DNA from: Chrysochromulina tobinii
Lineage: Eukaryota
DNA: 20,000 nt
Assembly (NCBI GenBank): GCA_001275005.1
Contig: JWZX01003253.1
Coordinates: 45,905-65,904, forward strand
Reading direction: 5' to 3'
The position numbers and the translations under genes are program-made. Position 1 is the first letter of the stretch, and every line of letters starts with the position of its first letter. Positions 8,341-16,374 of the stretch are shown piece by piece. Under the pieces are notes generated by a model. That model did no database searches. It was not told the DNA's origin and was given only the letters and a program-made list of their open reading frames with translations.

Positions 8341-9522
8341 ATGAAGCGCCTATGCAACCCTTGCTGCCCAGCGGGCGCCGTGAGCTCCGGCGCGATCGGA
8401 GACGCGGAAGAGTACAGGGACGGGGGTACGTCGACAAGGGGCGGCGATTCAAGCAACGACGATCAGGAGCTCGGCCCGCTGCGCGTCCAGCCGTCGTCGA
8501 GGACGGCCAGCGGCAGCGGCACCACCGTCTACACCGACCAAGCCTCGATTCCCCAAAACTTTGTCGAGCTCGGGCCGGACAACCCCTGGCTCGTGTGCCG
8601 CTCGCCCGCCCACGGCGGCAAGCTCTTCTGGCTGCACCGCACCACGCAGGAGACGACGTGGCGGCAGCCGCTGCCGCGGCTCATGCCCTTGCCCAAGTGG
8701 AGCACGGTCCACGCTCCGATGCGCGAGACCGCGTTCGCGGTGATCGACCCGATCTTCTACGGCGCGCCCGCGGACCCGATCGACCCCAAGGCGCGCACGG
8801 GCATCTGCGGCAAGCAGCCGCTGCCCGCGCCGCTGCGGAAAACGTGCGATACGCTCTCGCCCGAGCACCAGCTCTACCCGAAACGCTTCTTCGACCGTGT
8901 GGGCATCAAGCGGTTCGTCATGTGCGAGGACCTCAAGTATAACGGGCAGCGCCGGCGCGACGTGCCCGACCTGTCGAGCGGCACGCTCTACATCGACGTG
9001 GGCGACCGCGCCGTGCGCCGCAAGCGCCACTCGTTCCACCATGAGCTCTGGCATATGGTCGACTACCATCTGCTCGGCAATGCCTTCGAGTCGCACGATG
9101 CGGAGTGGTGTGAACACAACCCTCGGGGGTTTAATTACGGGAATGGCGGCAAGTTCATGCGGACCGACTCGAGCTCCTCGCAGCTCTCCTCGTCGCCCTC
9201 GCCCGAGTTCCTCAACCGTTACTCGACCTCGTCCATCGCCGAGGACAAGGCGGAGGTGTGGGCGTCGCTGATGTGTTACCAGCAGGTCCTCAAGACCCCC
9301 GCCCTGCAGGCCAAGGCCGCGCTGCTCAAGAAGAGGGCCCTCAACATCTGCAGCGAGATGGACGAGAGATGGTGGGCGAAGGTGGTGCATGCCCAGCAGC
9401 AGAGCACCGATCATTGGGAGGTGCACTACGCCGAAGCGCACCGCGGGCGCGCCTTCTGGTGCAATTGGGTTACAGAGGAGAGGAGATGGGAGAAGCCGGC
9501 AGAGACAGCTTCGACCGCTTGA
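8341..9522 (+). CDS. WW domain / HExxH zinc-metallopeptidase-like domain / WW domain protein
   Basis: First in-frame ATG at 8341 (the ORF track starts at TTG 8137). WW1 PWLVCRSPAHGGKLFWLHRTTQETTWRQP (8584-8670); HHELWH (9037-9054); YSTSSIAEDKAEVW, a gluzincin-type third-ligand motif (EDKAE 9241-9255); WW2 HWEVHYAEAHRGRAFWCNWVTEERRWEKP (9412-9498). Confidence 0.82.
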   Translation: MKRLCNPCCPAGAVSSGAIGDAEEYRDGGTSTRGGDSSNDDQELGPLRVQPSSRTASGSGTTVYTDQASIPQNFVELGPDNPWLVCRSPAHGGKLFWLHRTTQETTWRQPLPRLMPLPKWSTVHAPMRETAFAVIDPIFYGAPADPIDPKARTGICGKQPLPAPLRKTCDTLSPEHQLYPKRFFDRVGIKRFVMCEDLKYNGQRRRDVPDLSSGTLYIDVGDRAVRRKRHSFHHELWHMVDYHLLGNAFESHDAEWCEHNPRGFNYGNGGKFMRTDSSSSQLSSSPSPEFLNRYSTSSIAEDKAEVWASLMCYQQVLKTPALQAKAALLKKRALNICSEMDERWWAKVVHAQQQSTDHWEVHYAEAHRGRAFWCNWVTEERRWEKPAETASTA

Positions 9523-9824
9523 GGCGACGGCCAGAGGTGATGGCCAGAGGCGACCCTATTCGTGATGCAGCCTGCACACATACCGCATCTCGAATATTAT
9601 TCCATTGTGTATTTACATAGTGTATGCTATACACAGTGTGTCTCAAACACGCTGATCGCTGTATTCTGTAAGCAGCGCAGTGTCCTTATTATAAATCACA
9701 AACCATTCACCCTGGTCCCACAGACAGTGTGTGCGCCCGTCGTGTGAAGATGTGTGTGACGCTCATGGGATTTCATGGGTTCGGCCTGGAGCATGCCCAG
9801 GCTGGGACCGGAGAGGAGCACGAG

Positions 9825-9945
9825 TGAGCGCGCGCACGACCTCTCATTATTGAGCATTATTGAGCATGAGCTCCCACACATGGCACACATTGGCTCAATA
9901 ATCGCATGTTGACATGTATTGAGCTTTGAGCATGTTGAGCTCCCA
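9825..9945. repeat. Cluster of TGAGC-containing direct and inverted short repeats
   Basis: CATTATTGAG in tandem at 9845-9864; inverted copy GCTCAATAAT at 9893-9902; TGAGCTCCCA at 9867-9876 and 9936-9945. In total, seven forward and one reverse TGAGC in ~120 bp. Confidence 0.6.
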
Positions 9946-10041
9946 GTGCTTTTGTTGACCGAGGGCAGCGGAGCCACCTTTGAGACGGAGTGTGGTGGTG
10001 TGGCCGCGGACCACGGCGATTGGCTTGTAGAAGGTGTCAAT

Positions 10042-10073
10042 TCAAGTCAACTCTTCAACTTGACTTGACTTGA
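10042..10073. repeat. (CAAGT)/(ACTTG) pentamer micro-repeat forming an inverted repeat just upstream of the GH3 gene
   Basis: TCAAGTCAA 10042-10050 is the reverse complement of TTGACTTGA within ACTTGACTTGACTTGA 10058-10073. Confidence 0.6.
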
Positions 10074-10108
10074 TTTTCATCACAGTCACAGGCTTCCCTG
10101 CGTTTTTC

Positions 10109-12601
10109 ATGCTGACACCCGGGTATTCTTGTCTCCCGCCGCACGACGTGTATGCGTTCTGCAACGTCTCGCTTGCAGAGTCCACGCGTCTCGACGATCT
10201 CATCGGCAAGCTCACTACAACCGAGCTCATCGGTCAGCTCTTCATGGATGCAGACCTCGCGTTCGGCAACACCACGTATCCAAACAGCAGCAAAGGCGAT
10301 CTCAAATCGACGAGCGTGCCACGCCTGGGCATCGCCCAGTTCTCACACCTGGGCCAGGGCAGCGTCTACCGTGGCGCGTCTAACGGGTGCAACCTCAACT
10401 GCTGCACGGGCGGAAAACCGCCCTGCATCTTCGATCGGCCATACGCGACCGTCTTCCCACAGGGTACAGGCTTCGCGGCTTCCTTTGACACAAAGCTCGT
10501 CTTCGAGGCTGCAGTCGCCATCGCCGACGAATCGCGCTCGTTCCAGCGGTACGTCTCGAATCGCACGGTCGAGTACCGCTCCGGCGCATCGTCGGTGATC
10601 AACATCGCGCGGGATCCTCGTTGGGGCCGCGTGCCGGAGACGTACGGCGAGTGCCCAACCCTCACGGGAAAGCTCGCGGTCGCATTCAACAAGGGGCTCA
10701 TGGGCTTCGCGTCGGCGACGAGCCGCGAACCACCAAGCGTGCTCAAGCTCCTCCCCGTCATGCGCCACTTCGCCGCGTATGCGGGGCCGGAACGGACCCG
10801 GTTCAGCTTCAATGCGCGAGTCAACGAGAAAGACTTGGAGCTCACGTACTTGCCTGCGTGGCGCCGGCTGGTGCGTGAGGGCGCGCTCGTGGGCGTCATG
10901 TCGGCCATCAGCGCCCTCAACGGCGTCCCTGGCATCGCGCATCGGACGCTCCTCACACACGTGCTCCGTGACACGTGGCTGTATGAAGGCTTCGTCTTGT
11001 CGGACTGCGACACCTTCCCTTCGCTGCTTCCCGACACCTTCCCGTCGTGGGACTGGGCGGGTTCGGCCGAGCAGGCTGCTGCGGACGCGCTGGGAGCGGG
11101 CAACGATATCAACTGCGGCCCGGGCTTTGGAGCGCTGCTCAACGCGACGCGGCTGGGCTTCGTCAACCGATCCGTGATTGCACTCGCTGCGAGGCGCGTG
11201 CTTCGCATGCGCATGCGGGTGGGCGACTTGCAGCCACCGCAGACGGACCCGTGGTGGGAGCACGCGCCGCCGCTCTCGGTCGTAGGCTCGCCGGAGCATG
11301 GGGCCATTGTGGACGCTCTCGTCGCCGGAGGCACGACGTTGCTGCATCACACGCCCGGCACGCTGCCGATCGGTCCGCCCATATTTGGCAGCAAGGCGCG
11401 CACGCGAGCACGGGGGGCGGACACGGGGAGCGTGGCGGCAGCTGAGCCGACGGCCTCGTACACGATCGCTCTGATCGGCCCCTCGGCCGATGACGTTTCG
11501 ATCCAAGCGCACACGTACCACGGGACTCCGTCCGAGTGGATCTCGCTGCGCACGGCGATGGAGGCAGAGCTCGGGGGACGTGCGACGCTCACCTTCGCGC
11601 CCGGCTGCGCGATCGACTCGCCGGAGACCTCGGGCTTCGCGGCGGCGCTCGCGCTCGCCCAGACGGCCGATGCGGTCGTGTACGCGGGTGGGCTGAACAA
11701 TGCACTCGAGGAGGAGGATACAGATCGCATGAGCTCCCTCGGTCTGCCCGGTGTGCAACTCTCGCTGGTCGAGGCGCTCCGCAACGCGACCGCCGCTCGG
11801 CGCGTGCCGCTCGTGACCTTGCTCGTGTCCGGAGGGCCCCTCGCCGTCCCTAGCCTCGTGCCGCCGAGCCCGACCGCCGTCGATGCGCTCCTATGGACGA
11901 GTTACTATGGCCAGTCCGCACGGCCGCTCGCGCGCATACTGCTCGGTACGGCGCTGCCGACGGGGCGGCTGCCGTTCACGGTGCCCTACAACACCAGCAG
12001 CCTGCCCCCGATCGAGGACTATGACATGAACGCGCCGCCCGGCCGCACGTACCGCTATCTCGATGCCGGGCAGGCACCGCCGCTCTTTCCATTTGGGTTC
12101 GGGCTGACGCTCGGGCAACCTTGGGCACTCGAGCCGCTCCAGCCCTCGAGCCTACGGCTGACTCTTTCGGCTCTGCGCGCCGCTGCCGCCGAGCCTTGCA
12201 CGGAGACGAGCGGGGCGGGCCTGCTGATCAGCACGCGCCTGAGCCGACCACGCTTGAGCGGGCTAGCAAACGGGCTAGCTGCCCATTCGACCGACCTGAG
12301 TGGTCCCGTGGGCCACTCCTTGCTGCTCTTTGGCGCCCTCCACAACCGCACAGGGGCGCGCTCCCCCTACCCGCGCCAGCAGCTGCTCGATGTGGTGAAG
12401 CCCCTCCTGCTTCCCGGCGACTCAACCTTGGTCACTCTGCGGGTGTGCGCGAGCGAGCTGCTCGAGGAAGGCCTCGGGCTCGATCGTCAGCCGCTGCCGA
12501 ATACTCTCCGGCTTTGGGTGGGAGACGCTGCTCGAACATCGCTCGATCGTCAGGTCGATGTGCACATCGACTTGGACGAGTTCGAGGACGCGTGCGATTG
12601 A
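10109..12601 (+). CDS. Glycoside hydrolase family 3 protein (beta-xylosidase/beta-glucosidase-like)
   Basis: GH3 hallmarks: FCNVSL...RLDDLIGKLT, TVFPQ...AASFD, INIARDPRWGRVPETYGE, RHFAAY, nucleophile VLSDC (Asp 11003-11005), IALIGP, EEEDTDR...LPGVQ, GRLPFT, GRTYRY, LFPFGFGL. First in-frame ATG at 10109; the true start or an upstream signal-peptide exon is uncertain. Confidence 0.92.
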   Translation: MLTPGYSCLPPHDVYAFCNVSLAESTRLDDLIGKLTTTELIGQLFMDADLAFGNTTYPNSSKGDLKSTSVPRLGIAQFSHLGQGSVYRGASNGCNLNCCTGGKPPCIFDRPYATVFPQGTGFAASFDTKLVFEAAVAIADESRSFQRYVSNRTVEYRSGASSVINIARDPRWGRVPETYGECPTLTGKLAVAFNKGLMGFASATSREPPSVLKLLPVMRHFAAYAGPERTRFSFNARVNEKDLELTYLPAWRRLVREGALVGVMSAISALNGVPGIAHRTLLTHVLRDTWLYEGFVLSDCDTFPSLLPDTFPSWDWAGSAEQAAADALGAGNDINCGPGFGALLNATRLGFVNRSVIALAARRVLRMRMRVGDLQPPQTDPWWEHAPPLSVVGSPEHGAIVDALVAGGTTLLHHTPGTLPIGPPIFGSKARTRARGADTGSVAAAEPTASYTIALIGPSADDVSIQAHTYHGTPSEWISLRTAMEAELGGRATLTFAPGCAIDSPETSGFAAALALAQTADAVVYAGGLNNALEEEDTDRMSSLGLPGVQLSLVEALRNATAARRVPLVTLLVSGGPLAVPSLVPPSPTAVDALLWTSYYGQSARPLARILLGTALPTGRLPFTVPYNTSSLPPIEDYDMNAPPGRTYRYLDAGQAPPLFPFGFGLTLGQPWALEPLQPSSLRLTLSALRAAAAEPCTETSGAGLLISTRLSRPRLSGLANGLAAHSTDLSGPVGHSLLLFGALHNRTGARSPYPRQQLLDVVKPLLLPGDSTLVTLRVCASELLEEGLGLDRQPLPNTLRLWVGDAARTSLDRQVDVHIDLDEFEDACD

Positions 12602-12867
12602 GGTGGCAGGTGCGAGGGGGCACATGTGTGTGATCGTGCTGACGAGAGGCTGCATGTCACTGTGGTCGAGGTTAGAAAGGAAGGAGGTGAAGCGCGTTTT
12701 TCCATGAGTTGCACGTCCTGTGAAGTGCACCGTCGACCTGGATTGACTGAACTGCTCAGAAATCTCACCAAATCACTCATCATAAAGTGGCCAGATTTTC
12801 TTCGTCGATTTTCTTTGAGATTTTTGCAACGCATTCTCAGATTACTGACGCGCCACAAGCAGCGCCC

Positions 12868-15800
12868 ATGGTGCTGCCGCCCAACCTGGCTGCTCTCCTT
12901 TGCCTCGCGTTGACGTCGTCGCCGCCCAAGGTCCATACGACGACCCCATCCGCGCGCCGCCCCTTCCCGACCAAGACGCCCCGCGCCGCCACGCTCCAAC
13001 TGAGCGCGCTGGGTCGGTCGGAGGATGCCAACACTCGCCGAGCCCGTGTGATGGCATCCGCGGCCAACAACGTGACGACGGCGCCGCCCGAGCTGGCGCC
13101 TTTCATCGAAACCCTTGCGAACCAACTGCCCTCCGCGTGGGCGTCGCTCCCCGAGGCCCTCCGCAAGTTCCTCCCCGACTATGAGCCCGACGAGGCGCTG
13201 GCGGGGAAGGACATGGCAGCCAAGGCGGCCGCGGAGGAGGCCGAGGCTGCGGCGCAGAAGGTGCTCGCGATGCGCGCCAAACGCATGGGGGCTGAGAGCG
13301 TCATGGCCGTCGAGACGTCCAAGAAGGAGCAGCACAACAACATCCTCACCACCTACGGAGCCGACTACGGGGCTGAGGCCCCCGCGCCCACAAGGGAGTA
13401 TTCGAGCTCCTACGGGGTCGACGCTGGCGCCGGCGCGGGCGCCAGTGCTGGAGGGAGCACCCGTCAGGGCGGACCTCCCATCGACGAGGAGCGTCGCAAT
13501 CGCTCGCCCGGGCTCCAGCGCAACTTTTACGACGTGCCTACTTCGGACTTCAAGCGGCCGCACGGCATGATGGGTGGCGTCGTCGGTGGCGGCGGCGGCG
13601 GCGGCGTCGGCGGCAGCAGCATGCCACCTGCTTCTCAGGCGCCTCCCTCCGACCAGGGGTCTGCGACGCCTTACGGCGTCGATTACGGCTTGCCGCCCGG
13701 CACCCAGTTCGGCGCGGAGACGCCGCTCGAGGGCCAGGCACGCGAGAGAGCGATGGCGGCTTTCAAGGCGCGAGCTGGCTCCGAGTCGCCGGCGGACGTG
13801 TCGGCGCGCGTGCTGTCGATCCGTACGATGTACAGCGCGCTCAACGTGCCCGTGGACGCGTCGATGACGAGATGGACGGACGCGGAGCTCGGGGAGTACT
13901 TCGCGAGTGGAGGCCTCAATCGGCCAGGGATGCCCAAGCCGCAGCCGGGTCAAGCCCCCGAGGCGGCCCCATACGTGCCGCCACCCATCGACCAGGATCG
14001 TCGCAGCCGCTCGCCGGGGCTGTCTCGCAACTTTTACGAGATTCCGACGGCGGATTTCAAGCGGCCGCACGGCGTGAGAGGGCCCCTGCCACCGGACCCA
14101 CCGCCTCCGGCTGCCGCGCCACCGTCGATGGCCTTCGGGGCCGAGTCCCCTGCGCCTGGGCGCGAGAGAGAGTACCAGGCGTATCAGGCGGCGCAGGGCG
14201 GTGCTGGCCAGAGCATGGGGGGGGGCTCGAGCTTCACACCGCCAGCCTCGAGCTTCACACCGCCCCCGATCGATCAGGAGCGTCGCAATCGCTCACCCGG
14301 CCTCTCGCGCAACTTTTACGAGATCTCGACCTCAGACTTCAAGCGGCCGCACGGCATGAGAGGTCCGATGCCGCCCGAGGCGCCACCGCCATCGGCTGCC
14401 GCGCCGCCGATGACCTTCGGGGCACCGGCGCCTGCGCCAGCCTTTCCTGGCATGGGGGGTCCAATACCAGGCCAAAACTACCAGGTTGAACGAGCCACGT
14501 CATATCAGCCGGGCGGTCCTGGTCAGAGCATGGGAGCCTTCCCCAGTGGAGCCTTCCCCAGCTTCACGCCACCGCCAGTCGACGAAGATCGTCGCAATCG
14601 TTCGCCAGGCATGCAGCGCAACTTTTACGACGTGCCTACTTCGGACTTCAAGCGGCCGCACGGCATGATGGGCCAAACGCCGCAGCCGCCAGCAGCCCTC
14701 GAGGCGCCGCCGGCTGCTGCGAACTATGGCGCCCAGCCAACGAATGCACCCTCGCAGTATGGAGCCACGAGCCCGACGGCTCCAGCCGCACAAAATGGCG
14801 CGTCGATGCGCTTCCCAACGTCGGCAGCGACCAGGCGGCCCGTGCCACCGGCGGCAGCGACCACGCTCCCGGAGCCGGCATGGGCAGCGGCCGCTCCCTC
14901 CCAACAGCCAGCAGCACCGCTCAACGGGCCGGCTGTGCCCACGTGGGAGGCGTCGACGCCGCCGGTGCAGGCGGCGCCGGCGACAGCGCCTGGCGTGCAG
15001 TCGGCAGCAGCGGCGACTGCTGCGGCGGCGGCCCAGGCAGCGACTGCGGCGGCGGCGACCGAGGCAGCGACTGCGGCGGCGGCGACCGAGGCAGCGACTG
15101 CGGCGGCGGCGGCCAAGGCAGCGGATGCGGCGGCGGCGACCGAGGCAGCGACTGCGGCGGCGGTGGCCAAGGCAGCGGATGCGGCGGCGGCGGCGGCGGC
15201 CGAGGCAGCGACTGCAGTGGCGGTGGCGGCTGCGGCGGCCGAGGCAGCGGCGTTGCAAGAACGGGTGGCGCGCCTTGAGGACTTTATCATACAGCTCGAG
15301 CGCTCGAACGAGGCGCTCGGTACGGCGTTGACGGACCTGCGCACGAAGGAGGAGGAGGCGAAGAGGGAGGCTGTCGAGGCACGTGCGAGGGAAGAGGCCC
15401 TCGCCCAACGGCTCGCGGCCCTCGACTACTACATCGCTCTCGATGCCGCGGTAGCTCCGGAGAGCGCCGCCGGCGGCGTCGTCACGATGGCCGAGTCGAG
15501 TGGGCGAGTGGGTGCCGGCACCGCAGCTGTGACCGGTGCCGCTTCCGTCGCCACTCCGGCAGTCACCGCCGCCGATGGCGACCTGTTCGTCTGGGATGCG
15601 AGCCACGCGACCGCCCACGACCACGCGACCGCGGACGAGACCGCTGCCGCCCCTGCCACCCCCGCTGCGATGCCGCCCCCCTTGGCTGCTCCGACGGCCG
15701 CGCCCCAAGCTGCCCATCCCCAAGCTGCCCATGCCGCTTTCCCGGATCGGCCGTACGCGGGGTGGCAGCCGGGAGCTACTTCTCGGTGGCGGGCTGTGAC

Positions 15801-16074
15801 GCCGGTGACGGCCGCTCCTGGCCCCCTGCCCAGCGCCAGCGACAACAGCGCGCGTGCGGCCGCCGCCAAGGCGGCCTGGCTCGCCTCACGGAGCACCGGC
15901 CTGCCCAAATTTGGAAAGCCCAGAATGAGTGCTTCGGACGACATGCCACCGGAGGCTCCGTACCTGCCGCCGCCGCCCGCCGAGGACATGGTCGAGGCAT
16001 CGATGCGTGCGATGCTCGATCAGCGCGGTGCACAGGCCTGGGCACAGGGCGCGCGGGCGCAGTACCATCGATGA
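12868..16074 (+). CDS. Pro/Gly/Ala-rich, largely disordered protein with signal/transit-like leader, four 31-aa repeats, an Ala-rich helix and a coiled coil; function unknown
   Basis: First ATG at 12868: MVLPPNLAALLCLALTSS (hydrophobic), then a Thr/Ser/Arg/Pro-rich segment with no acidic residues for ~50 aa. The repeats stay in frame with synonymous changes, which supports coding. Coiled-coil-like LQERVARLEDFIIQLERSNEALGTALTDLR. Stop TGA at 16072-16074. Confidence 0.8.
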   Translation: MVLPPNLAALLCLALTSSPPKVHTTTPSARRPFPTKTPRAATLQLSALGRSEDANTRRARVMASAANNVTTAPPELAPFIETLANQLPSAWASLPEALRKFLPDYEPDEALAGKDMAAKAAAEEAEAAAQKVLAMRAKRMGAESVMAVETSKKEQHNNILTTYGADYGAEAPAPTREYSSSYGVDAGAGAGASAGGSTRQGGPPIDEERRNRSPGLQRNFYDVPTSDFKRPHGMMGGVVGGGGGGGVGGSSMPPASQAPPSDQGSATPYGVDYGLPPGTQFGAETPLEGQARERAMAAFKARAGSESPADVSARVLSIRTMYSALNVPVDASMTRWTDAELGEYFASGGLNRPGMPKPQPGQAPEAAPYVPPPIDQDRRSRSPGLSRNFYEIPTADFKRPHGVRGPLPPDPPPPAAAPPSMAFGAESPAPGREREYQAYQAAQGGAGQSMGGGSSFTPPASSFTPPPIDQERRNRSPGLSRNFYEISTSDFKRPHGMRGPMPPEAPPPSAAAPPMTFGAPAPAPAFPGMGGPIPGQNYQVERATSYQPGGPGQSMGAFPSGAFPSFTPPPVDEDRRNRSPGMQRNFYDVPTSDFKRPHGMMGQTPQPPAALEAPPAAANYGAQPTNAPSQYGATSPTAPAAQNGASMRFPTSAATRRPVPPAAATTLPEPAWAAAAPSQQPAAPLNGPAVPTWEASTPPVQAAPATAPGVQSAAAATAAAAAQAATAAAATEAATAAAATEAATAAAAAKAADAAAATEAATAAAVAKAADAAAAAAAEAATAVAVAAAAAEAAALQERVARLEDFIIQLERSNEALGTALTDLRTKEEEAKREAVEARAREEALAQRLAALDYYIALDAAVAPESAAGGVVTMAESSGRVGAGTAAVTGAASVATPAVTAADGDLFVWDASHATAHDHATADETAAAPATPAAMPPPLAAPTAAPQAAHPQAAHAAFPDRPYAGWQPGATSRWRAVTPVTAAPGPLPSASDNSARAAAAKAAWLASRSTGLPKFGKPRMSASDDMPPEAPYLPPPPAEDMVEASMRAMLDQRGAQAWAQGARAQYHR
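13474..14664 (+). repeat. Four dispersed 93-nt/31-aa coding repeats PP[IV]DxxRR[NS]RSPG[LM][QS]RNFY[DE][VI][PS]T[SA]DFKRPHG
   Basis: Copies at 13474-13566, 13981-14073, 14263-14355 and 14572-14664. Copies 1 and 4 share 59 identical nt (13516-13574 and 14614-14672). Confidence 0.95.
15004..15252 (+). repeat. Coding minisatellite encoding Ala-rich EAATAAAAT / KAADAAAAT units
   Basis: 27-30-nt units such as GAGGCAGCGACTGCGGCGGCGGCGACC repeated in tandem with variation. Confidence 0.85.
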
Positions 16075-16374
16075 GTTCAAATGGCTTCACCTCGCAGCGC
16101 ACCTCTCTCCAGTGTAGTAGATGCCATGCTCATGGGCGTGTGCTTGGGCAGTGACCTGTCGACTGTGCATGCGCCCGGATCTTCATCACGTTGCCGCGCG
16201 TTTTCATGTTAATAGGATCTCTGGTGTCTCGTGTATGTGGCTTTTAAAACTTGGATGTAGGGAAAACCCACACCCATAATAGGAAAACGACCCATAAAAG
16301 GATCGCAAGCCCAGTTCTCGTCCACCCAGAGCGTGCTCGCGCGCGTCGCCGAGGCCGAGTTCCCGGCTGCGGAC

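Noticed and set aside
13474..14664. Dispersed direct repeats as a possible CRISPR array
   Set aside because: The repeats are 93 nt, in frame, vary synonymously and are irregularly spaced by hundreds of bp. There are no cas genes and the context is eukaryotic.
15004..15252. Similarity to type I (flounder) antifreeze protein
   Set aside because: Ala/Thr richness is shared, but the period is 9-10 residues rather than the 11-residue Thr repeat. A GC-rich minisatellite explains it.
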